Part shown: positions 28,971 to 38,948 of the stretch, one piece after another
Layout of the letters: each line of letters begins with the position of its first letter
Position numbering within the stretch: position 1 is the first letter of the stretch
Source of the DNA: Polyangiaceae bacterium
Lineage (GTDB): Bacteria > Myxococcota_A > Polyangia > Polyangiales > Polyangiaceae
NCBI GenBank assembly: GCA_050287085.1
Contig: JBNKBE010000003.1
Span: 79,350 to 143,349 of the forward strand
Length of the DNA stretch: 64,000 bases
Direction of reading: 5' to 3'
Program-made: the position numbers and the translations under genes
Notes under the pieces: model-generated
The model's database searches: none
Told to the model about the DNA's origin: nothing
Seen by the model: only the letters and a program-made list of their open reading frames with translations

Positions 28971-31900
28971 TCATCCAGCAACCCCCTCGAGCTCACGCGC
29001 GATCCGGAACCGCGCCTGCGCATAGACCGCACTGCATGCAAAGCGTGTCAGATCCGCCAATGGCGGTGAAACCTGGCAAGCCTCGAACAATCGAAAGCGC
29101 TGCTCACTCGCTCCCGCCACCGGGTCGTATGGCGGCAGGAGCTCCGCCGCGGCGAGATCGAGCCGGGCGCAAGCTAGCAGTCCAGCTCGCCTACGAATCC
29201 GGTCCATCGTCGCAAGGGCGGGCTCGACCCCCACCTGCTCAGGTGCGGCACACAGCTCCTGCAGCCGGCGTTGCGCCGCTGGCGTCAGTCCTTCCCACAA
29301 TCCCTCCGCCACCCGCGCGACCTCCGCCACATCCGTCACGGGCCGCCCCGGAGGGCCAAACGCCGCCAGGACGCTGGTCAAAGTAAGTGCCAAGCGATCG
29401 CGATCCAGCGCCATGCCAAGCACCAACTCGGGCCGTCCGCACACGACCCACGCCGCCAACTCACAGTCCAGACGAGCAGTCGAGTCCGACTCCGGCAAAG
29501 CGCCTTCCAGGATCAGCGCCGGCGGCTCTGCCAGCACCAGTCGATGCCGCGTTGGCCCTTCGCTGCTTCCCTGGAATACCGGCATGCGAGCAACCCCAAA
29601 CAGCCGTCCGAGGGCTGACAGGTGTTGACTGAGGATGGACGGGCCATCGGGATCCACTCGTACCAAGCCCGCGGCTGGAGCCACGCTGCGGAAGAGGTGC
29701 GGAGCCTGCTGCCAAAGGAGCTGAAAGATCGCCGTATTGGCGTCACCTGCCCCCGAGAACACCACGTGGATATGGGTCGTCGAATCGATCGCCAAGTCCG
29801 TCAGTTCCGGAACCTCGTCCGCCTCGCTACGGCCGGAAATGACTGCCAGGACGTGGTCGACGGCGCGCACGGCCACGTGATCCTGGTCCCGCTCCAGAGC
29901 ATCGCGCAATTGCTCCAGCAGCTCTGGGTGCCCGGGCCAGCGGTCGAGCCAGGCGCGCGCCAACGCCACCCGCTCGGCACGCGCCCGGGTCTGCGTCCCA
30001 AGATCACGCAACTGCTGCACAGCCTGCTCCGGTGTGCTTGGGGAGCGTGGCCGCTCGCCTTCCACCGAGAGAAGGCCAGGGCTCGCGGCGCCGTGAGGCC
30101 CATCGCTGGCTGTGAGTTCAGCCGAAAGCGACACCGCCGCAAGCATCGCTTCGGCTGGAGCTCTCGGGGTGGGAGCCGAGGACGAGGGCGGCTCGTGTTC
30201 CTCCAAGGCTTCGCGCTCGGGAGCAAGCTCCGCGACGATAGGCTTGGGCGGGGGCTTATTCCCCGACGAGGGATGGGAGCTCCGTAGCGCTGACGATGTC
30301 GCAACCGGTGGCTCCAGCTCTGACGGGACAGCCTTGCGCGGAGCGATGGATTTATGCCTCGGCAGGGCTACGACCTTTGGGTCCACTTCAGGCTGCAGAG
30401 GAGCAGGCTTGTCGCTGTGAGCGATGGCGCGTTGCCGTCGCTCTCGCAAGAGCTCCGCTACCTCCACCTTGGTGCGCACGCCCCGAAGATCACCATCGCT
30501 CACCGCCGCCAGCGTTCGCCCAAGGCGCTGACCCGACAGGGACTCCGGGCCTTCCAGCAGCGCAAGTGCAATCAGCGGACGGAGCCCAAGCCGCTGCTCG
30601 GCGCTCCCCAGTTCGCTGGCCCCCGCACCTGGGCCAATCCGCCGTTCCAAGGCCGTGGCCAGAAGGAAGACGCGCGCTTCTTCCAGCTCGGGTTCATCTA
30701 CCGGGCCAAGACCACGCAATTCGCTGATCATCGACAAGGCTTCATCGGAGCTCACAGTGCCACGTATGCGGTGCTCCAAGAGTCGAGCACCGATCAAGAC
30801 CTCCGCGTCGGTCGGTGCAATGCGAGCGGCGCGCTGAGCCCGCGCTCGAGCCTTGTCGGGTTCGCCGGCGGCGAGCGAGTGGTGAGCTGCCTCGAGCAAC
30901 CAACGGGCGCGCAGCCCCACGCGTGCAAGCGAAACGAAGGCCAGTTCCTCCAGCGCCTCAGCTTGCGCGCGAACATCGCCGAGACGGGATGCCACCTGAA
31001 CCCGCAATTCAAGCAAACGTTCAGTCGAAGGGAAGATTGTCTTGGACTCCAAGACGTTGGAGGCTGGCTCCAGCTGACCGCTCTCGAGATACCCCCGCAC
31101 CGATAGCTCAGCCAGACGCGCAGCCGTCCTTGGCTCGCGGCATGCACGCGCCGCTCGCTCGTACGCACGCGCGGCCGGCTCGAGCTCGCCGAGCGCGGAA
31201 AGGGCCAAGGCGTAGCGTTCCAACACCACGTGGGACGCGGCGCCCTGCTCGATGGCGCGGCGCAAGGCCTCCGCCGCGGCCGCCGGATCGCATAAGCGAT
31301 GCGCAAGCGTGTCCGCCAAAGTCAGAAGCAGGGCTTCCGGTGGGGTCGACGAAAGCTCGAGCCGGTGACGAAGGTGGTTGGCATACGCTTCCCAGTCCTG
31401 TCGCTCCGCGGCCGCTGCCGCAACCAGCTCGAGCAGCCCCTCATCCGCCGTCCCCTCCGCCAACAATCGACCCGCGACACGAGCCGCCTCGTGCTTGTCC
31501 CCCTGGCGCGACAACACCTCGATCAACCGCCGCACGTGCGGGTGTGCCGCTTCCCCCTCCAGGGCGGCAATGTTGCGCTCCAACCACAAGCGCTCGCTTT
31601 GCAGCTCCTGTGAATTGCGCGCGACGGTCAGCGCTCGGCCCAGCTCCTCCGAGCCCAAGGTCGCCCCCGCCTCCACAATATGCAGCATATCGAGAGCCGA
31701 GGCGTGGGCACCGCGCTTCCCCAAGAGCTCCGCCAATTCCAAGGCGACCCGTACGCGTGCGCTGGCGTCTGTCGCGGGGTCGTCCAACTGCCGCAGAAGC
31801 ACCTTCTCGAGCCGATTGGCGTCCCCCGCTTGTTCATAGCGGGCACGGAGCAGCTCCGCCGCTTCGCGTCGTTCGGCCGGACTTGTGCCATCAAAGTCAC

Positions 31901-34900
31901 AGACCGCCTGCTCGAGCCATGTTTCGACCTGCTCGGAGTCTTGGGACGGGGCGCTGCGGGCGCGCTCGACCAGCGACGGACCCGCTCCGCCGGGCGCTTC
32001 GTACTTCGCTTGCGCGTCGGCGAAAGGCGAAACGTCCTCGCCAAGGCGTGCACTCAAAGCAGCCAACAACCCAAGCAGGCGCTGACCTAGCTGCCGTTGT
32101 TTCAATACCGAGCGGGCAGCCGCAAGCAGCTCGTGGGCGTGCGTCGGCGCAGCGGCGATGGCGTCCAACCACGACGACGGTTCAGGCTCAAAGTCCCAAT
32201 CCTGAGCGCCCAGAGCCGCGCGAAGAGCGTCGGCCGCCACGTCGCCGGCCTGAAAGAGTGCAATGGCGGCGCCGCCGATAGCCTCGGCGAGAGCCCCCAG
32301 CTCCCCTTCATTCGCATGGCCTAATACGCGGTTGGCAAGCTCGACAAACGGCTCGCGTCGCTGCGTGCGCTCTTCTGGAGCAAGACTGAATAGGGCATCA
32401 AGTGCATCGCTCACGCCCTGCACATTGTCTGCCGAGGGCGCCAGACTGAGCGCCCGCATTTGCGCCTCCGCGCGCAGTCCGGCCCCCTCAGGCGTTTGAC
32501 CCAGGAGCGCCGCTGCGTGCTGCAGCCAGCGCGCTTGTTCATGCGGCTTGGCGGCGCGTTCCGCAGCCGAACGAAACACCTCGGCGGCCTCGCTCTCACG
32601 GCCGAGCTCCGCGGCGAGGCGCAGCAGCATGGCCAAACTGACGCCGGTGCCCGGTACCGCCAGGAACGAACGCGTTGCCCACTCAAACGCGGCCGCCGGC
32701 TCCTTGCGAGAAACCAGGCGACGCGCCGCGCGCAAGGTGAGCGCGCGCTCGCCGAAGCGGCCCAAAACCGCGCCATTGGCCGCATGGTAGGCGGACTCCA
32801 GCTCAGCCGTCGTCTGGGCGCTTTCGTCTACCACGGCCAGTGCCGCCACCAACCCCGGCCACAGCCGCAGCGCCGAGAGCGCCAGACCAAACGCCTCGGC
32901 TCGGAAACCGTCTTGCAGCGCGAGTTCCGCCGCCGCCAAGAGCAGCGTAGCTCCGGACTCACCCCCGCGACGCTCCGCGACCTCGGCGATGAGAGCGGGC
33001 GCCTCCTGGTAGCCGCAGAAGGCGAGTAGGTCTGACGCTAGCCCCCGCTCACCCACCTCCGGGTCGAGACGTGCAGCCTGCTCCCACGCGGCCACCGCCC
33101 GCGTGCGATCGCCTGCGAGATCCCAATGCGCCGCCCCCAGCTGGCGGTAGCTTGCAGCCAGCGCCGCATCCCCACCACGCCCCGTATTCGACTGCTGAAC
33201 AGCCACCGCAACCTCGAGTGCCAGCAACTTTCCATCACTGGTCGTTGGGTTCGGCAGCTGCCGGAGCACTCGTTCAACAGCGTGGGGATCAGCGTTGCAC
33301 TCCAGCGCTCGAGCCAACGCGTCATAGGCATACTCCGTCTGACCGCGCTCATGGCGCAAGCGGGCAATGCGCAGCAACTCGGTCGCTGACTCCGTCCCGA
33401 CGACGAGAAAGCGCCGTTCCAAGACGGCGATCTGCAGAAGCTTTTCGTCTAGCGCTTCCGATAGCTGGTAAAGCGCACGCACCACGTCCTGATCGGCAAC
33501 GCCAAATACACCCACCATCCTGCGGGCGAGAGCCAACGCCGCATCAGGACGCTGCGTGCGCAGGTGCTCCAGAGCGTCGCATAAAGTCGAAACAAGCGGG
33601 CCAAGCGGCATCGGCTGGGCCAAGAACCAATCGAGCGCCGTAAGCAGGGCGTCCGGCTCCGCCAGAGCGATCAAACGCTCGATCAGCTCGCTGGCCGCAG
33701 GCGCGTCCAACAGTGAGAGGGTTGCCCAGCGACGAGCCCAATGCAGCGCTCGCTCTGCAGAGCTGTGAATCAGCGCTAGCGCACGGCACCATTCAAGGCG
33801 CAAGGGGGCGCTTTCGCAGAGGTGCTCGAGCGCGAGCTGAGCCACCCGACCGTGTGGAGGCTGAATAGCACTCAGCAGAGCCACCAAGGGTCGCAACGCG
33901 CGGGCGTCGGCGCGACACGCAAGCTCTGCCAGCTGACGCGCTCGTTCGCTGTCCGTACTATCCTGAACCAATTCCGCAGCGATTGCATAGAGCGTCGCGG
34001 CGACCGCAGGACGAGCGTGTTTGGCCAGGCGCGCAAGACCGGTCGCGCGCTCGCTCGTTTTGCCCACGAGAGAAGACAGCGCTGACGCCATGGCCGCCTC
34101 CGCAGCGGAGTGGCTGTCGCCGTGCAACAGCAGCTCCATAGCGCGAACCGGAGCGCCACGGCTGCGGTAGAGACGCGCCAAGCCACAACGGGCATGCTCC
34201 GCCTCGGTCTCGCTTTGCAACTGCTCGTGCCACCACGCCTCGAGCTGTTGATCGCTGGCATGCTGGAAGAGCAGTTGTTCGATGCGGCGCCCCCAACGCT
34301 GCGCTTCCGGATCCCGCCGCCGCATCTCCAACAAGGCGTCCAGTTTCAACGACTCGTAGCGCGGATCGAGCGGACCCTCCGCGTAGGCGCGGAGTCGTCC
34401 CAAGGGCACCTCGGGCCAAACGGTATCCGGAGACCAGGAGCCCTCCGCCTGGTCTTCGACCGCATCCCCCGAAGCGCCAGCCCCTGCGGCGGTCATCTGA
34501 GCCGTTGCCCACTCCCCGAAACTGTGATCGATCACGTCGGCCTGCGACAGCCCGACCAGGCGCTCCAAGCACACACGACGCGCAGTCGGCTCGCCCAGTC
34601 GCGCAATCCGAACGAGCACGGCGGCCACGGACTCGACGTCCGCGGCCGCATCCGCGAACCGGATCAATGTGGTGTAGACGGCATCTGAATGCGGAGCGGA
34701 AACAAGCGCCTCTTGCAACGCCCGGAGCGCGCGTCGCGGCTCTCCGACGGGCCCCGCGAGCAGGCGGGCGAGTGAAAGCAGCAGCCGAGCGCGCTCTTCG
34801 CCTCGATGTCGCTCCGCGGCCAGCTCCAATCGAGCCGCAAGTAGCTCCTGCAGGCCCGCCGGCGCCAGCAGCCCGTCGAAATTTGGAACCGGTGTCGCCC

Positions 34901-35840
34901 CCGCGCCGTCGTTGACGAGTTCGGCGGCGGTTGCGATGCCGTCGATATCCAGACCGCAGTCGGAGCCGAGGTCATATGCAGCGCCCAACGCTGTGGGGAC
35001 ATCACCCGCGCCGAGGGCTTCGCGTACACGCCGCGCATGGATCGTGGGCGCTTCGGGGTTGTTCAGCGCCGCCCGACGCCAGGTCTCGTCAGCGGCCCGA
35101 AACTCACCCGCGCCGGCCAGGCGCATCGCGACCCGCTCGGTCGCAACGAGATGACCCGGGGAAACCTCCAGAGCCATGGTCAGGGTATCGGCGGCAGCGC
35201 GAAGGTCTCCCTTGGCTTCATGCCGCCCCGAGGCTTCGATGAACGCGCGCGCGGAGGTTTCCTCCGAGACAACCGCTGGAGCCCAGCGTTGCAGGGCTCC
35301 CAGGAGTTCACACGGAAGCGGATCATTGCGATCGGCCTCGGCCGCCGCCTTGAGCGCCGCCGCTGCGCGCGGGCCGTCTTCGTCCCGAGCGCTCAGGACG
35401 GCGATCCGCAGCAGTACAGCGGCCCGAGCGGGGCCATCATGCACCCGATCCAGCAGCGGGCGCAGCGTCCCGGCGGCGAGCGAGTGTTGCCCTACGCCCG
35501 CAAACCAACCCGAAAGCTCCTCGCGCAATTCGGCATCCTCGCCCATTAGCAACGAGCGTCGCGCCAGCTTGACAGCCTCCCGAATGCGGCGGCCCTCGCT
35601 GGCCAAACGGCGCGCTACAGTCGCTGCCAAACGCCGCTCCCGTTCCACATCGCCGCTTCGACGAGCGGCTTCGAGCGCCACTTCTAGGCTCCGCAGCTCA
35701 GCCCGAGGCCCGGTTTCCCGAGGCACCGGTCCGCCCGCGACGCGGTCCAATGCGAGTGACGACAATCGCCCAGGTCCCGCCCCGGGAGCGACATCGTCGG
35801 TCGGTCGGGCTACCAACGGCCGGTGCTCGAGCTCAGACAT
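28971..35840 (-). CDS. Giant TPR/alpha-solenoid protein (about 2290 aa), myxobacterial type
   Basis: Uninterrupted 6.9-kb ORF with many TPR-like helices (AWEQAARLDPE, ALEVSPGH, ARIAPTD), Pro-rich linker and C-terminal RAGLLAC...ADLTRFACS..Y domain. Confidence 0.8.
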   Translation of the reverse strand: MSELEHRPLVARPTDDVAPGAGPGRLSSLALDRVAGGPVPRETGPRAELRSLEVALEAARRSGDVERERRLAATVARRLASEGRRIREAVKLARRSLLMGEDAELREELSGWFAGVGQHSLAAGTLRPLLDRVHDGPARAAVLLRIAVLSARDEDGPRAAAALKAAAEADRNDPLPCELLGALQRWAPAVVSEETSARAFIEASGRHEAKGDLRAAADTLTMALEVSPGHLVATERVAMRLAGAGEFRAADETWRRAALNNPEAPTIHARRVREALGAGDVPTALGAAYDLGSDCGLDIDGIATAAELVNDGAGATPVPNFDGLLAPAGLQELLAARLELAAERHRGEERARLLLSLARLLAGPVGEPRRALRALQEALVSAPHSDAVYTTLIRFADAAADVESVAAVLVRIARLGEPTARRVCLERLVGLSQADVIDHSFGEWATAQMTAAGAGASGDAVEDQAEGSWSPDTVWPEVPLGRLRAYAEGPLDPRYESLKLDALLEMRRRDPEAQRWGRRIEQLLFQHASDQQLEAWWHEQLQSETEAEHARCGLARLYRSRGAPVRAMELLLHGDSHSAAEAAMASALSSLVGKTSERATGLARLAKHARPAVAATLYAIAAELVQDSTDSERARQLAELACRADARALRPLVALLSAIQPPHGRVAQLALEHLCESAPLRLEWCRALALIHSSAERALHWARRWATLSLLDAPAASELIERLIALAEPDALLTALDWFLAQPMPLGPLVSTLCDALEHLRTQRPDAALALARRMVGVFGVADQDVVRALYQLSEALDEKLLQIAVLERRFLVVGTESATELLRIARLRHERGQTEYAYDALARALECNADPHAVERVLRQLPNPTTSDGKLLALEVAVAVQQSNTGRGGDAALAASYRQLGAAHWDLAGDRTRAVAAWEQAARLDPEVGERGLASDLLAFCGYQEAPALIAEVAERRGGESGATLLLAAAELALQDGFRAEAFGLALSALRLWPGLVAALAVVDESAQTTAELESAYHAANGAVLGRFGERALTLRAARRLVSRKEPAAAFEWATRSFLAVPGTGVSLAMLLRLAAELGRESEAAEVFRSAAERAAKPHEQARWLQHAAALLGQTPEGAGLRAEAQMRALSLAPSADNVQGVSDALDALFSLAPEERTQRREPFVELANRVLGHANEGELGALAEAIGGAAIALFQAGDVAADALRAALGAQDWDFEPEPSSWLDAIAAAPTHAHELLAAARSVLKQRQLGQRLLGLLAALSARLGEDVSPFADAQAKYEAPGGAGPSLVERARSAPSQDSEQVETWLEQAVCDFDGTSPAERREAAELLRARYEQAGDANRLEKVLLRQLDDPATDASARVRVALELAELLGKRGAHASALDMLHIVEAGATLGSEELGRALTVARNSQELQSERLWLERNIAALEGEAAHPHVRRLIEVLSRQGDKHEAARVAGRLLAEGTADEGLLELVAAAAAERQDWEAYANHLRHRLELSSTPPEALLLTLADTLAHRLCDPAAAAEALRRAIEQGAASHVVLERYALALSALGELEPAARAYERAARACREPRTAARLAELSVRGYLESGQLEPASNVLESKTIFPSTERLLELRVQVASRLGDVRAQAEALEELAFVSLARVGLRARWLLEAAHHSLAAGEPDKARARAQRAARIAPTDAEVLIGARLLEHRIRGTVSSDEALSMISELRGLGPVDEPELEEARVFLLATALERRIGPGAGASELGSAEQRLGLRPLIALALLEGPESLSGQRLGRTLAAVSDGDLRGVRTKVEVAELLRERRQRAIAHSDKPAPLQPEVDPKVVALPRHKSIAPRKAVPSELEPPVATSSALRSSHPSSGNKPPPKPIVAELAPEREALEEHEPPSSSAPTPRAPAEAMLAAVSLSAELTASDGPHGAASPGLLSVEGERPRSPSTPEQAVQQLRDLGTQTRARAERVALARAWLDRWPGHPELLEQLRDALERDQDHVAVRAVDHVLAVISGRSEADEVPELTDLAIDSTTHIHVVFSGAGDANTAIFQLLWQQAPHLFRSVAPAAGLVRVDPDGPSILSQHLSALGRLFGVARMPVFQGSSEGPTRHRLVLAEPPALILEGALPESDSTARLDCELAAWVVCGRPELVLGMALDRDRLALTLTSVLAAFGPPGRPVTDVAEVARVAEGLWEGLTPAAQRRLQELCAAPEQVGVEPALATMDRIRRRAGLLACARLDLAAAELLPPYDPVAGASEQRFRLFEACQVSPPLADLTRFACSAVYAQARFRIARELEGVAG

Positions 35841-35962
35841 CAGCGCAGCAGCCCCACTCAATGGTGCCCGAAGAAGCTATCTGCTCTGCGGGGCTTGTAC
35901 GGTTGGGGATTTTGGAACTAGCTTCGAGCATAAATTCGCAGAGGGCTCCGGAGACACAAAGC

Positions 35963-37216
35963 ATGACGCAAACACGCAGCTGTACCCGCCATTTTCCGAG
36001 GAACCCTAGGTTCCCATGGAACGCTAGGTCGTGGCTAGTTGCTGGCGCAGTCAGCGCATTGACGCTTGGCCCGCTCCACGCACGAGCCCAGTCCGCAGGC
36101 AACGGCGCGCCGCCCGCGGTGGTCGCCGCACCCGCGAGCCCGCCGCCGGCGCCCACGAAAGTCCAGGGGGATGCTCCCAGCGCTGCGCCTCCAGCTCCCA
36201 GTGCGTCTCCAGGCACCAGTGCGTCTCCAGGCACCAGTGCGTCTCCAGGCACCAGTGCGTCTCCAGGCACCAGTGCGTCTCCAGGCGCAGTGCCGTCCGC
36301 CCCGCAGCCTGCAAGCGAGGTGCCCCCAGAGCCGACGCCCGAACAACAGGCGGCCGCTGGGGAAGAACTGGCGTTGGGCGTAGAAGCCCAACGGGCCGGC
36401 GACTTTGCCGGGGCGAGCACCCATTTTCACGCCGCTCTGGTGCTGTCTCCGAGCGTCCAAGCCCTGTACGGCGCGGCGACGGCAGATGATCTCGCCGGCA
36501 ATACGGCTCAGGCGGTTCAGGAGTTCGAAGAGCTCCTGCAGCATCCCGCGTTCGGGACTCTGCAGGCCATCGAGCAGGAGACCGCGCAGGCCCGATTGAC
36601 CGTGCTGCGACAGATTCCGGCGACGCTCACCGTTCAGCTATCGCCAGCGGACGCCGTGTTGTCCGTAGACGGCGAAGTTCGAAGTGGAAAGCCTCCTTTG
36701 ATCCTCAGACTCCCGGCGGGAACCCACTCGCTCAGTGCTATCGCCGACGGCTTCGAGCCTCGGACGGTGGACGTGACGGTGCGGCCTGCCGCCACCGCTG
36801 AGGTCGCGGTCGTTCTGGAGGCATCCCCGCCACCTGCCGCCGCCGCTGCCCCCCCCGATAATCCGACCCCACGGCAACCGGCGGCACCCGAACCTGCGAG
36901 CAAGATGCCGGCCTACGTCACGCTGGGCGTGGCAGGCGCCAGCGCCGTCGTTGGGGCCGTATTCGGTTTCAAGGCGTTGGGCGCGAAAAGTGACTTTGAC
37001 GCCACGCCCACTGTTGGTCATGCCGACAGCGTCGAACGCAGCGCTCTCATCGCGGACATGGCATTTGGCGTCGCGCTAACGCTGGGGCTAACCGGGGTCA
37101 TGTTGCTCACGACCGACGAGCCCGCCCCAGACACGGCGGGCGCTGCGCGACAATTGAAGATCGCGCCGTACGTGGGACTGGACCGAGCCGGTGCCCAAGC
37201 GACATTGAACTTCTAG
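35963..37216 (+). CDS. TPR- and PEGA-domain exported protein
   Basis: Signal peptide ending ARAQ, Pro/Ala linker, TPR-like helices, PEGA (SPADAVLSVDG...LPAGTHSL..ADGF), C-terminal hydrophobic segments, terminal F. Confidence 0.85.
   Translation: MTQTRSCTRHFPRNPRFPWNARSWLVAGAVSALTLGPLHARAQSAGNGAPPAVVAAPASPPPAPTKVQGDAPSAAPPAPSASPGTSASPGTSASPGTSASPGTSASPGAVPSAPQPASEVPPEPTPEQQAAAGEELALGVEAQRAGDFAGASTHFHAALVLSPSVQALYGAATADDLAGNTAQAVQEFEELLQHPAFGTLQAIEQETAQARLTVLRQIPATLTVQLSPADAVLSVDGEVRSGKPPLILRLPAGTHSLSAIADGFEPRTVDVTVRPAATAEVAVVLEASPPPAAAAAPPDNPTPRQPAAPEPASKMPAYVTLGVAGASAVVGAVFGFKALGAKSDFDATPTVGHADSVERSALIADMAFGVALTLGLTGVMLLTTDEPAPDTAGAARQLKIAPYVGLDRAGAQATLNF
36198..36286. repeat. Coding minisatellite, 18-bp unit CCAGTGCGTCTCCAGGCA x5 (SASPGT repeats)
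   Basis: Units at 36198, 36216, 36234, 36252, 36270 (last copy 17/18), in frame. Confidence 0.93.
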
Positions 37217-37355
37217 TTTACGCTGGCGCCCGGCCAGCGCCGCGAGTCTCCCCGCACGGCCAGTCCCAAACTGCAACGACGTTCGATTCGCCCGCCGGCC
37301 CCATATCAAGGCCCTCTGGCGTGCGGGGCTCATTGCAGATAGAGGGTAGAGACCT

Positions 37356-38948
37356 ATGGCAAAGCTACACTGGGCTGACCAGGTCGCGAGTGAACTCATT
37401 TCGGCAAATCCCGACAAGGCTCGCTTCGTACTGGCTTCTGGGATCACGCCCTCCGGAGTCGTACACGTCGGCAATTTTCGCGAGGTCATCACAGTGGATC
37501 TCGTGGCTCGCTGCCTCAGAAGACGGGGAAAAGAGGTTCGTTTCATATTCTCCTGGGACGACTTCGACGTCTTCCGAAAGGTGCCGAAGGACCTTCCCGA
37601 GGGCGAGAACTTCGAACAACACCTGCGCAAGAGTGTCTCTGTCGTGCCCGACCCCTATGGCCAAAGCGATAGCTACGCCGGCCACTTCGTGGAACGCTTC
37701 GAAGCCGAGCTCTCTCGCGTCGGAATCGCACCCGAGTTCATTCGCCAGTCGCGGCAGTACGCGGCCGGTTGTTATGCCGACGGCATCTCTCGCGCGCTCC
37801 AGCAGCGCGAAGTGATCCGTGAAGCGCTGAACCGGCACCGCTCGAGTCCGCTGGACGACGCCTGGCTACCGCTGGCTGGATTCTGCGCGCAGTGCGAGCG
37901 CGACACGCTTACCTTCTCCGCGCCCCCCACTGCAGCTCCGCCACAAGACATCACCTATCGCTGCGATAGCTGCGGTCACGAGGACACGGTTTCGCTGCAA
38001 CAAGGAGGAACCCTGAAGCTTCCCTGGCGCATCGACTGGCCCATGCGCTGGGCGTACGAGGGCGTCGACTTCGAACCGGGCGGCAAAGACCACAGTACCG
38101 CGGGAGGCAGTTACGACACGGGCAAAGAGATAGCCAAACGCGTATATGGCGCGAAGGCCCCCCGTTACATCGGATACGAGTTCGTGCGCGCCAAAGGCCA
38201 AGGGGGAAAACTCTCCAGTTCCGCCGGCGGCGTCATCACCGTTACCGATTGCCTGGAAATATATCAGCCTGAGATTCTCCGCTGGCAGTTCACCCGTATT
38301 GTCCCTCGTTCCACCCTCCAGATTAGCTTCGACGACGACGTCATTCAAACCTACGAGGAGTTCGACCGAGCCCTGGCGAAGGCACGCAAAGTCGCCAGCG
38401 ACGACCCGGGACCTCTGGGCGTCGCGCGTCGCGGTATAGAGCTAGCATGCGTCGGGGGAGAACTCGACCTGCTCGCCTCGAGCTACGTGCTCCCGCCCTT
38501 TCGCGGCATCACCACCCTGGTACAAGCCTACGATGGTGATCTCGAACGCTCTTTCAATCGCCTCGCCGGAGGAGTTCGCAGCGACGCCGAAGCAACCTGG
38601 CTGCGCACGCGGATCGAATGCGCGTGGCATTGGGTGCAGCAGCACGCCCCGGAGGACTTTCGCTTCCTGCTCCGGAGGGAGCCCGTGCAGGCGGAGGTCA
38701 GTGGCCCCCCCCGCGACGCCCTTGAACTGCTTGTCAGCTCCCTCCGTAAACACGGGACCTCCGAACAGGAATTGATCGCGACGCTGAAGTCGATCGCTGC
38801 CCTGCAAGATCTGGATATTCAAGAGTTCTTCCGTCTGGCCTACGAGCTACTTATCGGCAAGAGCAAGGGACCAAAGCTCTCCACCCTCCTGGCCTCTCTC
38901 GAGCCAGAGCGCGCGCTGGCCCTCCTGGAGCCCACGCTATCGCGGTGA
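37356..38948 (+). CDS. lysS: Lysine--tRNA ligase, class I
   Basis: HWAD, SGITPSG.VHVGNFRE (HIGH-like), KLPWRIDWPMRW, FEPGGKDH, KLSSS (KMSKS-like), CxxC pairs, C-terminal GPKL. Confidence 0.95.
   Translation: MAKLHWADQVASELISANPDKARFVLASGITPSGVVHVGNFREVITVDLVARCLRRRGKEVRFIFSWDDFDVFRKVPKDLPEGENFEQHLRKSVSVVPDPYGQSDSYAGHFVERFEAELSRVGIAPEFIRQSRQYAAGCYADGISRALQQREVIREALNRHRSSPLDDAWLPLAGFCAQCERDTLTFSAPPTAAPPQDITYRCDSCGHEDTVSLQQGGTLKLPWRIDWPMRWAYEGVDFEPGGKDHSTAGGSYDTGKEIAKRVYGAKAPRYIGYEFVRAKGQGGKLSSSAGGVITVTDCLEIYQPEILRWQFTRIVPRSTLQISFDDDVIQTYEEFDRALAKARKVASDDPGPLGVARRGIELACVGGELDLLASSYVLPPFRGITTLVQAYDGDLERSFNRLAGGVRSDAEATWLRTRIECAWHWVQQHAPEDFRFLLRREPVQAEVSGPPRDALELLVSSLRKHGTSEQELIATLKSIAALQDLDIQEFFRLAYELLIGKSKGPKLSTLLASLEPERALALLEPTLSR

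Noticed and set aside
30815..32281. 488-aa plus-strand ORF, and similar ORFs such as 26694-27758
   Set aside because: Antisense shadows of long genes in high-GC DNA.
37890..37980. Cys pairs in LysRS (CAQC, CDSCGH) as heme-binding sites
   Set aside because: Not CxxCH; they fit the Zn-binding insert of class I LysRS in a cytoplasmic protein.
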